This document shows, one piece after another, positions 18,555-28,158 of a stretch of DNA of 64,000 nt; position 1 is the stretch's first letter, and each line of letters begins with the position of its first letter. The notes under the pieces are model-generated. The model worked only from the letters and a program-made list of their open reading frames with translations. It did no database searches and was not told where the DNA came from. A program made the position numbers and the translations under genes. This DNA is from an uncultured delta proteobacterium (GTDB lineage Bacteria; Myxococcota_A; Polyangia; Polyangiales; Polyangiaceae), in NCBI GenBank assembly GCA_963716725.1, contig CAVQUB010000015.1, positions 64,001-128,000 of the forward strand. The letters run 5' to 3'.

Positions 18555-20396
18555 ATGCTCAGGCTTCTTCGCCTCGTCGGGTTGCTCGTCGTCGGCGTTC
18601 CGCCGCTGTGGCTCGGGGGAGCTTGTTCGTTGCTGTCGGATCTGACACTCTACGGGACGACACCGGCGGCGCCGCAGACTCTGGGAGCAGCGACAGCGGC
18701 ACGAACGACGGTGGCGGGTGCAAGCCGAAGACCTGGCAGCGCGCTGGGTGCGCTGTGCGGAGAAGCGCTGGATGGTTGTGGCGGCAAGCTCAGCTGCGGC
18801 GAGTGCCCCGGCGGGCTGTTCTGCGGCGGAGCCGGGCCCAACAAATGCGGGCAGACGCCCTGCCTCTCCAAGAGCTGCCAAGACTTGTCCGCCGAGTGCG
18901 GCCTCGCGTCGGATGGATGTGGCAAGGTGCAAGAGTGCGGTGGCTGCACCTCCCCGCAGACCTGCGGGGGCAGTGGGACGGCCAACGTCTGCGGCTGCAC
19001 GCCTGTCGCCTGCGAGAGCGTCAAGGCCAACTGCGGCGAACTCTCGGACGGCTGCGGGGTCAAGCTGAACTGTGGGACCTGTCAGCCGCCAAACACCTGC
19101 GGCGGCGGGGGCCCGGCCAACCACTGCGGTTGCACGCCGAAGTCCTGCTCTAGCCTCGGCGCGAACTGCGGCAAGCTGCCCGACGGTTGTGGCGGGCTCG
19201 TCGACTGCGGCAGCTGTCCGACCGGCGAACTCTGCGGCGGAGGCGGCGCCAACAAGTGCGGGACGGCGCCCTGCCAAGGGAAGAGCTGCGCGGATCAGGG
19301 CAAGAACTGCGGTCAGATCTCGGACGGCTGCGGCAAGACGCTGAGCTGCGGGTCTTGCTCGGGATCGCAGCTCTGCGGCGGCTCCGGGAGCGCGAACGTT
19401 TGCGGGTGCACGCCCACGACCTGTGCTGCTGAAGGCAAGAACTGCGGTGACATCAGCGACAAATGCGGTGGATCCCTGAGTTGCGGCGGGTGCAGCCCTC
19501 CCAATAGCTGCGGAGGCGGCGGAGCTCCCAATGTCTGCGGTTGTTCCCCGCAGAGCTGCAACTCGCAGGGCAAGGACTGCGGCACTATCAACAATGGCTG
19601 CGGTGGTACGGTCAACTGCGGCGCCTGCAGCGCCCCGCAGAGCTGCGGGGGAGGCGGGACCCCGAACGTATGCGGGTGCTCGGCGACCACTTGCGCGGCT
19701 CAGGGCTACGCGTGCGGAAGTATCGGCAACGGTTGCGGTGGAACGCTCAACTGCGGCAGCTGCGGAGCGAACCAGCAGTGCGTCGGAGGCAGCTGTCAGA
19801 CCACCTGTCACAGCTGTGCTTCCCTGGGTAAGAATTGCGGGACAGTCTCGGATGGCTGCTCCGGTGTGCTGGACTGCGGCAACTGCCAAGGCCCGGAATG
19901 GTGCGGCGGCGGCGGTTCCGCCAATGTCTGCGGTTGTTCCGCGCCGAGCTGCGCGGGCAAGTGCGGCGTCATCCCGAACCCCTGCGGCGGCAGCGTGAAC
20001 TGCGGTAGCTGCCCGGGCGGGCAGAGCTGTTACAACGGCTCGTGTTGCGCGCCGACCAGCTGCGGCGCTCAGGGCAAGAACTGCGGCACCATTGCCGACG
20101 GCTGCGGCGGCCAGCTCAACTGCGGCACCTGCTACGGCAATCAGGGCTGCTCGTACACCAACACCTGCGGTTTCGCTGGGCTCGGCGCCTGCGATGGCTG
20201 CCCTCCGACCTGGGACACCGTGTTTGTCGAGTCCTGCGCGTCCGGCTGCACCAGCGGACAGGAATCGCTCTGCGTCCAAGCAGGATACGACTCCTGGGCT
20301 GGCTGCGGCAGTTGCCCTGGCGGATACCACGAGGCCGCCTCGAGCTACGCGCCCTGCAGTTGCGGTGGGTACGCGGTGCTCTGCTTGCGGGACTGA
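18555..20396 (+). CDS. Secreted/lipoprotein with many CG-x3-(D/N)GCG-x2-L-x-CG-x-C Cys-rich repeats (compensating -1/+1 frameshifts near 18644 and 18735)
   Basis: Signal ending LGGAC. About 11 repeats such as NCGQISDGCGKTLSCGSC. Confidence 0.8.
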   Translation: MLRLLRLVGLLVVGVPPLWLGGACSLLSDLTLYGTTPAAPQTLGAATAARTTVAGASRRPGSALGALCGEALDGCGGKLSCGECPGGLFCGGAGPNKCGQTPCLSKSCQDLSAECGLASDGCGKVQECGGCTSPQTCGGSGTANVCGCTPVACESVKANCGELSDGCGVKLNCGTCQPPNTCGGGGPANHCGCTPKSCSSLGANCGKLPDGCGGLVDCGSCPTGELCGGGGANKCGTAPCQGKSCADQGKNCGQISDGCGKTLSCGSCSGSQLCGGSGSANVCGCTPTTCAAEGKNCGDISDKCGGSLSCGGCSPPNSCGGGGAPNVCGCSPQSCNSQGKDCGTINNGCGGTVNCGACSAPQSCGGGGTPNVCGCSATTCAAQGYACGSIGNGCGGTLNCGSCGANQQCVGGSCQTTCHSCASLGKNCGTVSDGCSGVLDCGNCQGPEWCGGGGSANVCGCSAPSCAGKCGVIPNPCGGSVNCGSCPGGQSCYNGSCCAPTSCGAQGKNCGTIADGCGGQLNCGTCYGNQGCSYTNTCGFAGLGACDGCPPTWDTVFVESCASGCTSGQESLCVQAGYDSWAGCGSCPGGYHEAASSYAPCSCGGYAVLCLRD

Positions 20397-20431
20397 GCGG
20401 CCGCGCGGGCCGCGCCTGGCTCCCGGCTGCT

Positions 20432-22039
20432 TCAGCGCAGGGCAGGTTCCGAGGGCCGAGGCTCTGGCGAGTCGCTGCGGATCGCCTCCACGGTGCGCGC
20501 CAGCGTTGGATCCGCGTCGTCGATGGGGCGGCGACGGAGCTCGACTCCGCGGGTCTGCCACCAGTTCCGAGCTTGCTCCTCGCTCCAGGGTTCGACGGCA
20601 CACGCGGCCAGCGCCTCGCGGAACGCCGCCGCGCTCGCCGGCCGATCCGCGGGCGTCTTGGCGAGCCCTTGCATGATGACCGCCTCCAACGCCGGCGGGA
20701 CCGGTCGCCCCACCCGCTGATGAACTGGAACGGGCGTGGTGTGCAGGTGGTCTGCGCAGACCTCCAGCACGGACTTGCCCTCGAACACGTGCTTGCCGGT
20801 CAGCATGAAGTAGCCGACGGCGGCCACCGCGTAGATGTCGCTGCGAGGTTCGGCGCCATCCGCCCTCGCGATGCACTCGGGCGCCATGTAGAGCGGCGTA
20901 CCCGTGAGTTCGTTGGACTGGGACTCGGTCGTACCCAATTCGGCCGCAAGGGCCTTGACCAAGCCGAAGTCCAAGACCTTGACGTGGTCGTAGGCGGCGG
21001 TGTGTCCGATGACCATGATGTTTGCCGGCTTGATGTCGCGGTGGACGAGTCCGAGACTGTGGGCTTCGTCCAGAGATGCGCAAACCTGCGACAAGAGCCA
21101 GATGGCGCGACCGGCCGGCAGTGGACCCTCGTGCTCGACCAGCTCGTCGACGGTCAGCCCGTCGAGGTATTCCATCGCGTAGTAGAAGACCCCGTCGGGC
21201 GCGCGACCGTAGTCGAAGATCGCGACCGTGTTCGGGTGTTGCAGGCGCGCAGTCGCGACGACTTCGCGCTCGAAGCGGCGCACCGACTGGGCGTCGATCC
21301 GGTCTGGAGGCAGCAGCTTGAGCGCGGTCTCGCGGCGCAGCATGCCGTGGGTCGCGCGGTACACGACGCCCATGCCGCCCTCGCCGATCTTCGCGCCCAG
21401 GGTGTATTGGCCTAGCTTCCGCGCTTCGTGCACCTCCCGGCGCAGTCCGTAGATGATCCGCGAGGCCACGGTGGCTGTCGCGAGCAACGAGCCGAGCCAC
21501 ATGACGAGGCTGATCAGCTGATACTCGAGGGGCCAATCCGCGGGACCCGCCTGGCGGACCGGCCAGCTGGGATGAAGCCCAGAGGCGAGGAAGACGACCA
21601 CCGCCGACGAGCCCGCGATCACTCCGAGGCTGAGCGTGCGCCGAGCCGTACTGGGCACGAGCACGGCTCGCAGGACGGCGGCGGTGCCCGTGGTGAGAAC
21701 GAGGTTGAACACCGCGACGGTTCGGATCGGGAAGAGCGAGCTGTTCAGGTGCAAGAGCAGCGAGAGCCCGAGGATGCCTGCCGAATCGAAGGTCTCGAGG
21801 GTCCCATGGCGCAGCGGCTTGCCGCGCAAGACGAGCCAGATGCCGCCTGTGATCAGGGTGGCGACGAAGTGAAACCAGCGGGATGGGGAGCGAAGCTCGG
21901 CGAGCAGAGTTCCGGTCAAGAGCCCGCGCACGCCGACGACCCCGACCAGGAACGCCAGGCACAGCAGGAAGCCGATCCAGTGCATCAGCGCCAGGCGCCT
22001 TTGCAGGAAATTGCGAGTGCTCTCCGAGGTCGAGGTCAC
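20432..22039 (-). CDS. Ser/Thr protein kinase with N-terminal multi-TM (about 5-6) domain
   Basis: IGEGGMGVVY, TALK, HRDIKPAN, DFG, GTPLYMAPE. Hydrophobic helices in the first ~210 aa. Confidence 0.93.
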   Translation of the reverse strand: MTSTSESTRNFLQRRLALMHWIGFLLCLAFLVGVVGVRGLLTGTLLAELRSPSRWFHFVATLITGGIWLVLRGKPLRHGTLETFDSAGILGLSLLLHLNSSLFPIRTVAVFNLVLTTGTAAVLRAVLVPSTARRTLSLGVIAGSSAVVVFLASGLHPSWPVRQAGPADWPLEYQLISLVMWLGSLLATATVASRIIYGLRREVHEARKLGQYTLGAKIGEGGMGVVYRATHGMLRRETALKLLPPDRIDAQSVRRFEREVVATARLQHPNTVAIFDYGRAPDGVFYYAMEYLDGLTVDELVEHEGPLPAGRAIWLLSQVCASLDEAHSLGLVHRDIKPANIMVIGHTAAYDHVKVLDFGLVKALAAELGTTESQSNELTGTPLYMAPECIARADGAEPRSDIYAVAAVGYFMLTGKHVFEGKSVLEVCADHLHTTPVPVHQRVGRPVPPALEAVIMQGLAKTPADRPASAAAFREALAACAVEPWSEEQARNWWQTRGVELRRRPIDDADPTLARTVEAIRSDSPEPRPSEPALR

Positions 22040-22116
22040 CCTCGTGGATCAGCACGGAGGCGGCGCGGCGGAAATGACTTCAGCCAAGGGAGCGCTTCGC
22101 GTGGGGCTTCCCGGCT

Positions 22117-25100
22117 CTAGCGCACGCTGACCCGCACGGGCCCGGTCTTGGCCCGCGCTTCGGGCTCGTAATAGGCATAGGCAACCGACGCCGGCGCCAG
22201 CGCACTGACCCGCGTCGTTGCCCGCAGCCCGAAGGCGAAGCGCCTGGATGAGGCCGCCGGGAGACGATCCAGGTACACGATCACCGCGCTCGGCTCGAGG
22301 GAGTAGCGGTGCAGCCTGCCGTCCCTCACCAGCCGGTCGAGATCGCTCGTTTCCACGTCGAAGCCCGGCGGAACGCCGATCTCGAGAGTCGGCATGTTCA
22401 TGGCGTCGTTGCGCTTCCAGCCCAACTCCACCCGACACTCCAGCCTTTGGCCGACGGCCACGCTGGCGGAGGAGTAGGCGACCCGGAGGGAGAGCGCGTC
22501 GCTCTCGCCGGCGCGCCCCTTTCCGGCCCACGGAAGATGATGAACGGAAGCGAGCTGGTAGGAAATGTCGGCGCCCGCTTTGCCATCGAGCTCCACCAGG
22601 TTTTCACCGGGGCGGACGTTTTCGGTCAATTCGAGAACCTGATACACGTCGCGCTTGCCTTGCTTCAAACGGAGCTGCCCGGCATCAGCTCCGTTCACGC
22701 GCACCTTGACGAGTTGGTCCCCGCTCTCGACGCGCTTCGCCCCGTCGAGCAAGGCGCGCAGCGCCGCCACGGTGGCCCCAGAGCTGGCCCACGCACCCGC
22801 GCCATTGCGGCGCAAGAGCAGCCAGGCGTGCGCCTCGGCGCGCAGTTCGGGCTCTCGATCGAGCTTCGCGAAGAGGTGGGCGACGAGCGCGGTGACCTCG
22901 ACCCGGAGCGCTTCGCCGTAGCTGAACATCACGCCTTGGCGCTCGGACTTCCAATGGGCCCGCCCGTCTCCGCGCTCCACGAGGGTCGCCAGCCGCGCCG
23001 CGACCTTCGACGCGGCGTCGCGATGACCGCCGCTCCACAGCGCGTTGCCGAAGAGCGCGAGATCGTAGGCATCTGTCGCGGCCTCTTGGCCCTCCAGTAT
23101 GGCCAGCGCACGCTCGAGGCCCTCGCCTTTGGCTCCCGACTCCGCGAGCGCCCATGCCACGTAGGCCGTGGTGGCCAGCGCGCTCGAAGGGGACGCCGAT
23201 CGGGTGGGGCTGGGGGAGGGCCAGCTCCCGTCGTCACGCTGGCTCGCCAGCAAGAACCGTCGGGTTCGTTCGATGAGCTGTGGGTCCACCGGTCGCACCT
23301 TGGACATGTCGGACAGTCCGACCAACCCGTAAGCGCTGAGGGTCACGTCGCCGCTTTCCGTACCAAACCAGCTGAACCCGCCGCTCGGGACCTCGAAGGT
23401 GAGCAGGCGTTGGTACCCGTCGTCGATGAAGGCGCGGGCCTTCGCTTCGATCTCGGGGCTCTGCAGCTTGGCTCGCCGGAGGAAGTCGAGCACGAGCACG
23501 TTCGGGTAGGTCGCCGACGAGGTCTGCTCGAAGCAGCCATGGGGTCGTTGAAGCACTCCGTCGAGGGACTCCGACAGTTGGCTGAGCACACCGCCGTACA
23601 CCTTCAGCCTGACCTGGGTGCCGCCGGCGACGGCGTTTGGGGGCACCGTCAGCGCGAGGCGAGTGGCCTGGCTCAGCGTGCCGCTCGCGATCTGCTCTAC
23701 CGGTTGCCCATCGGGCTTGACGCTGATCTTCTTCTCGACGGCGTCCGCGAGGGAGGTCCCCGAAGCGTGAACGCGCACAATGCGCTCACCGGCGCTCGCG
23801 GCGCGCACGGCGAAAGGCACGCCGCGCACGGCACCGGGACCGAGTTCGAGGCTGAGTTCGCTTTTGCCGGTGACGGCGAAGCCCTCGGCATCGAGGCGAA
23901 GCTTCACCGTCTGAGCTCGATCGGCGTAGTTGAAAACCGTCACGGGTAGTGCGATTTCGTCACCCTGGGTCAAGACGGCGGGCGCGCTCAGGTCGACGAA
24001 GAAATCCTGTCTCACCACGAGGGGCAGCGTGACGCTGCCCAGATTGCCGGCCTCGGTCACGGCGGAGATCCCGAGCCGGTAGGTGGCGATGGCGTCCGCC
24101 AGCGGCAGATCGATCTGCGCCCTGCCGCTGCCGTCGGTCACCAACTCCGGAACCCACGCCAGCGTTTCGGGGAAATAGCTGCGCACCCGAGTGGCCTGGA
24201 TGAACTTGGGGTTGTCCGCTGGGCCGCTCACCGCGTGGCGCCCGCCGCCGGGGCTGCTGGAGCCCTCTTCGCCCTTGGCCCGCACGCCGATTCCGCCTTC
24301 CCGCTGGGCAGAGGCGTCGCGGATGTTGCCGTAGTGCTCGCCCTCCTGATGGATCTGGCGTGCGTCTTCACGGATCACCAGCCCCAAGGCGACGAGCGTC
24401 ACGGGCAGACCAAACAGTGCCGATCGGCTGGCAAAGACCCAGGCAAAGTGACGGGGAGTGCCCATGAACAGCGCCGCCTGCCGCGCCACGCTCAGCGCGC
24501 CGAGAGCGACTTGCCACAGGGCCAGGACTCCGAGACACAGCTCGGGGAATCGCCCAGGCTCGCGGAACCAGCCTGCGGTCCAGAGTCCGTCCGAACCGAG
24601 GACTGCCGCGGCCGCGAGGTGCGCAAACAAGAATCCCACCGGTAGAAACCAGAGCACGCGCGCGAGGGCGGGTTGCGCTTGGCCGACATACGAGCGCGCG
24701 ACTCGACGCAGGGTGAACCATTGCCACCCGGTCGCTCCGAGGGCGCAGGCCATGAAGATCAGAGCGGAGGTCCACTCGGCGTTCAGCCTCCCGAGGGTCG
24801 GTCGCGGATAGAGACTGCGGGAGATGCCCAGTGCAAACACGGGGAGCAGGGCTCCGGCGCCCAGCGCCACCAAAGCGTGGGCGGTGACCGCGAGCCAGGC
24901 GTCGTGATCGAGGGAACCCACACCGACGACTTCGGGCGCGCGCGTGCGGCGCACTCCGTAGGCGATGAAGCCGAGCAAGAACGCAGCGCCAATACCGAGC
25001 GAGGTGACGGCAGCCACGCCCCCCAACCCGTGTGCGCGTCGCTGGGCTTGCCTGGCCACGCGCTCCACCTTCCATTCCACCCTGCGTGGAGTCGAGGTCG

Positions 25101-27012
25101 CGAACGCCTTGGAGAGCGCCGCTAGCGCGACGGCTTTGACGTCCTTCGGCGTCTCGCCGGTGTCGAGAACTCCGGGCTCCTCGGGCGAGACGCGAAGGGT
25201 GTCGACGAAGCCAACTGAGCGCCCGTAGCCCCGGCGACCGATTTGGAAATAGCGGCGCTCCAGATCCGGCCTGAGGTCGGCTAACGCGAAGAAAGCCTCG
25301 TCCACCGCCGACACCGCGAGGGTGGCGCTCACCGGCTCACCGCTCGCCGTTCGCACCGCAAATTCGAGCTTTGCGCTGGTCGCGGGGGCGTAGGCGGCTC
25401 GGTCCAGCTTGGCCTCGATGTTCAGATCTGCCCCGGCGATCAGCGCGACGCGACCGCCCTCGAGCAACTCTCCGCGGCCGAATGCCAGCGCTTCGATCTG
25501 GACTAGCCCGCGGGCCGTCGCGGGGACGTCGAGCGAGGTGACCGCCACGCCGCCCTGGAGGCGCCCCTGGGACGTGGCGAGCGGTCGGCCGTTTCGCCAG
25601 AGCCCCACCACGACGTCCGCGTCGTGCTCCGGTGCCGCGAGGACCGTCACTGTCGCGCGCTGTCCCGCGCGGAGCTCCGGGCCTTCCGTTCGAACCAGGA
25701 GCTGCGCGGGGTCTCGCTGAGACTGCGGGTTCCTGAGCACGAAACTGTCTCCGCGGGCCCCCTTCCAGTCGGTGGTCGAAAACACCCACTCGGGTGTCCC
25801 GAGGCTGAAACGCAGGGGGATCGTGGCGATACCGAGCTGGTTCGTCGTTACGGACTTGCCACCGGGTTCGACGGTGACCTCGCTGCTCACCGGCCGCCCG
25901 GCGCTGTCGCTGGTCACCACGAATATGTCGTTGTCCACCCCGGACACCCAATCGCCGTTCTCCGGCAACGCCTCGACACGCACGCTGCGCGCGTCTTCGG
26001 CGACGTGCGCCTTGCCCTCCAGCACCATCCCGTCGTGCGTTACGCGGGCCGAGAGGGGTCCCCGCGCGCGCTTGGGGAGCTCGAAATCGAGCTTGCCCCG
26101 CGCGTCGGTCTTGCCTCGGAGAAGCGCCGGCGAATCCGGGCTGCCCAGGTGCAGGGTCACGTCGGCCCCCACCAGTGGCGCGCCGAACGACCAGGTCGCC
26201 GCCACCGTGCCGCGGGGAGCCGTCGGCTCGCCCTCGGGCATCGGCTCCAACTCGATGGCGACCTTCGCCTTGGGTAGCGCGTAGCGCTTGACCTCGACGG
26301 TGCGTTGTTCGAGCACGCGATCACCGCTGGCCTTGATCACGTAGGCTCCGAGCTTGACCTCGCTTGCGAGCGCGAAGCTGGCGTGGGCGACGCCATGGGC
26401 GGATCGCCCCACGCTCTGGCGGAACACCGTCGCTCCCGATGGCTCGGCCACTTCAAAAGTAATTTGACCGCCGCCGACGGGACGATCGTCGCCGCCCAGC
26501 GTCAGCGTGCGAAAGCGCAACGTCTGACCCGGTTGGTACCAGGGCTTGTCGGTCGAAAGGAACGTGGCGGCCAGCGAGTCTTCCGAAAAGTAGAGCTCGA
26601 CCCGGGTGCCTTCGCCGCGATCCGGCAGCCATGCGACGATCTGCCTCGAGCCTTCCGCGAACTCGGTGGGGAGCTTCGCTTCTGCGAGCCACTGACCGCT
26701 GGCGTCGGTTCGACCCTCCGAGAGCGGCCGCTCCGCCTTGCCTACGGCGAAGAGCAGTTGGACGCGCTCATTCGCAAGCCCGGATCTGGTCGTGAGATCG
26801 CGAGCATGGATCCGGAGGTGGACCTTCCCTCCCGGAAACCCCGTCGCGGCGCCATCCACTGCGAGAACGGGCACGACACCCGGCTCGCCGCGGAGTGGAC
26901 CGCGCAGCGCAGCGAAGAACCACGCGCCGAGGGCGACGAGGCCGACCGCAGCCAGACCCCAAAACCGGCTATCCAACCACGGCAGGTCCCGCTCCACCGG
27001 ACGTGGCCCCAT
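22117..27012 (-). CDS. Alpha-2-macroglobulin family protein with N-terminal TM anchor and internal multi-TM insertion
   Basis: LSTDKPWYQPGQ (MG2), AVDEA, RVRSYFPETLAW, thioester GCFEQ (23524-23538), GYQRLL, GGFSWFG, QRDDGSW, YAYYEPE. Confidence 0.9.
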   Translation of the reverse strand: MGPRPVERDLPWLDSRFWGLAAVGLVALGAWFFAALRGPLRGEPGVVPVLAVDGAATGFPGGKVHLRIHARDLTTRSGLANERVQLLFAVGKAERPLSEGRTDASGQWLAEAKLPTEFAEGSRQIVAWLPDRGEGTRVELYFSEDSLAATFLSTDKPWYQPGQTLRFRTLTLGGDDRPVGGGQITFEVAEPSGATVFRQSVGRSAHGVAHASFALASEVKLGAYVIKASGDRVLEQRTVEVKRYALPKAKVAIELEPMPEGEPTAPRGTVAATWSFGAPLVGADVTLHLGSPDSPALLRGKTDARGKLDFELPKRARGPLSARVTHDGMVLEGKAHVAEDARSVRVEALPENGDWVSGVDNDIFVVTSDSAGRPVSSEVTVEPGGKSVTTNQLGIATIPLRFSLGTPEWVFSTTDWKGARGDSFVLRNPQSQRDPAQLLVRTEGPELRAGQRATVTVLAAPEHDADVVVGLWRNGRPLATSQGRLQGGVAVTSLDVPATARGLVQIEALAFGRGELLEGGRVALIAGADLNIEAKLDRAAYAPATSAKLEFAVRTASGEPVSATLAVSAVDEAFFALADLRPDLERRYFQIGRRGYGRSVGFVDTLRVSPEEPGVLDTGETPKDVKAVALAALSKAFATSTPRRVEWKVERVARQAQRRAHGLGGVAAVTSLGIGAAFLLGFIAYGVRRTRAPEVVGVGSLDHDAWLAVTAHALVALGAGALLPVFALGISRSLYPRPTLGRLNAEWTSALIFMACALGATGWQWFTLRRVARSYVGQAQPALARVLWFLPVGFLFAHLAAAAVLGSDGLWTAGWFREPGRFPELCLGVLALWQVALGALSVARQAALFMGTPRHFAWVFASRSALFGLPVTLVALGLVIREDARQIHQEGEHYGNIRDASAQREGGIGVRAKGEEGSSSPGGGRHAVSGPADNPKFIQATRVRSYFPETLAWVPELVTDGSGRAQIDLPLADAIATYRLGISAVTEAGNLGSVTLPLVVRQDFFVDLSAPAVLTQGDEIALPVTVFNYADRAQTVKLRLDAEGFAVTGKSELSLELGPGAVRGVPFAVRAASAGERIVRVHASGTSLADAVEKKISVKPDGQPVEQIASGTLSQATRLALTVPPNAVAGGTQVRLKVYGGVLSQLSESLDGVLQRPHGCFEQTSSATYPNVLVLDFLRRAKLQSPEIEAKARAFIDDGYQRLLTFEVPSGGFSWFGTESGDVTLSAYGLVGLSDMSKVRPVDPQLIERTRRFLLASQRDDGSWPSPSPTRSASPSSALATTAYVAWALAESGAKGEGLERALAILEGQEAATDAYDLALFGNALWSGGHRDAASKVAARLATLVERGDGRAHWKSERQGVMFSYGEALRVEVTALVAHLFAKLDREPELRAEAHAWLLLRRNGAGAWASSGATVAALRALLDGAKRVESGDQLVKVRVNGADAGQLRLKQGKRDVYQVLELTENVRPGENLVELDGKAGADISYQLASVHHLPWAGKGRAGESDALSLRVAYSSASVAVGQRLECRVELGWKRNDAMNMPTLEIGVPPGFDVETSDLDRLVRDGRLHRYSLEPSAVIVYLDRLPAASSRRFAFGLRATTRVSALAPASVAYAYYEPEARAKTGPVRVSVR

Positions 27013-27195
27013 GACCCGGCATCATGCACGCGGCGGGACGTTGCGAGCAACAGGTCCAGCGGGAGTTCGGGTAGGTTGGATGCTTGGCACGAGGCCCCCG
27101 GACGCGAGGGGGCGTGCTGGATGTCGTGGGCGTATGCGTGGGCTACTTGACCGATGCCGAGGCGTGAGAAAGGCTTCTGCGCGGGTGAGGTGACC

Positions 27196-28119
27196 ATGGA
27201 CCCTTGGAAGCTCGTCTCGTGTGCGGTGGTGTTGGCCGGGTTCGGCATTGCGGCTTGCAGCGGCGCCAACGACTCCGGCGGCGGCGGGGGCAGTGGCGGC
27301 GGCGGCGGCAGTGGCGGCACCAGCGGCGGCGGGGGCAGCGGCGGTCTCGCCCTGGGCGGCAGCGGCGGCGGCATCAACATCGATGGCGGTGCGGGCTCGG
27401 GCGACGGCTCCGCCGGAGCGTGCAACCAAGCCGTCGACATCGTGTTCTCGATGGACGTATCGACCAGCATGGGCGCGTTCTTGAACAAGCTCGCGGATGA
27501 GATCGAGAGCGTGGACAAGGCGGTCAAAGCCCTGAACCTGACGGTCGAGCCGCACTACGGCCTGGTGGTGTTCGTGGACGATACGCTGTTCGCAAACTCG
27601 TCGAAGCCCTACGCCGACGTCACGATCCTGAAGAGCGACTTCAAATCGTGGGCGAGCTTCACCTCGAGCAACAACCAGACCTCCGGGGGCAACCAGAACA
27701 CGACATGGCCCGAGAACAGCATCGACTCGCTGCATCGAGCGGCCAAAGAGTTTGCGTGGCGGCCCAAGGCCTCGACCCTGAGGCTCGTCATCCACACCAC
27801 CGACGACACCTTCGTGCAAGGGCCCACGACCCACAACGGCGTACAGATCCTGCACAACTACGCGGACAGCGTGAAGGCGTTGCAGGAGGAGCAGGTGAGG
27901 GTCTTCGGCTTCGCGTCCAAGCTCGGCGGGCCGCTCGAGGGCGACGACGTGAGCGCGGGCTGGTTTTCGCCGGTCGCCGGCAGCGCCACGATCCCCGACG
28001 CCACCGGCGGCGGGATCTACCAACTCGACGACGTGATGTCGGGCAAGGTGTCACTCTCGGATGCGATCCCGGCGGCGGTGAAAGACACCCAGTGCAAGCC
28101 GTACCCGACGCCGAAGTGA
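27196..28119 (+). CDS. Lipoprotein with von Willebrand factor A domain
   Basis: Lipobox IAAC, Gly linker, VDIVFSMDVSTSM (MIDAS DxSxS), PENSIDSL, VIHTTD. Confidence 0.85.
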   Translation: MDPWKLVSCAVVLAGFGIAACSGANDSGGGGGSGGGGGSGGTSGGGGSGGLALGGSGGGINIDGGAGSGDGSAGACNQAVDIVFSMDVSTSMGAFLNKLADEIESVDKAVKALNLTVEPHYGLVVFVDDTLFANSSKPYADVTILKSDFKSWASFTSSNNQTSGGNQNTTWPENSIDSLHRAAKEFAWRPKASTLRLVIHTTDDTFVQGPTTHNGVQILHNYADSVKALQEEQVRVFGFASKLGGPLEGDDVSAGWFSPVAGSATIPDATGGGIYQLDDVMSGKVSLSDAIPAAVKDTQCKPYPTPK

Positions 28120-28158
28120 GCGCTCGCCTGTGAGTTGGCGCTGAACTAGACTCGCGGC

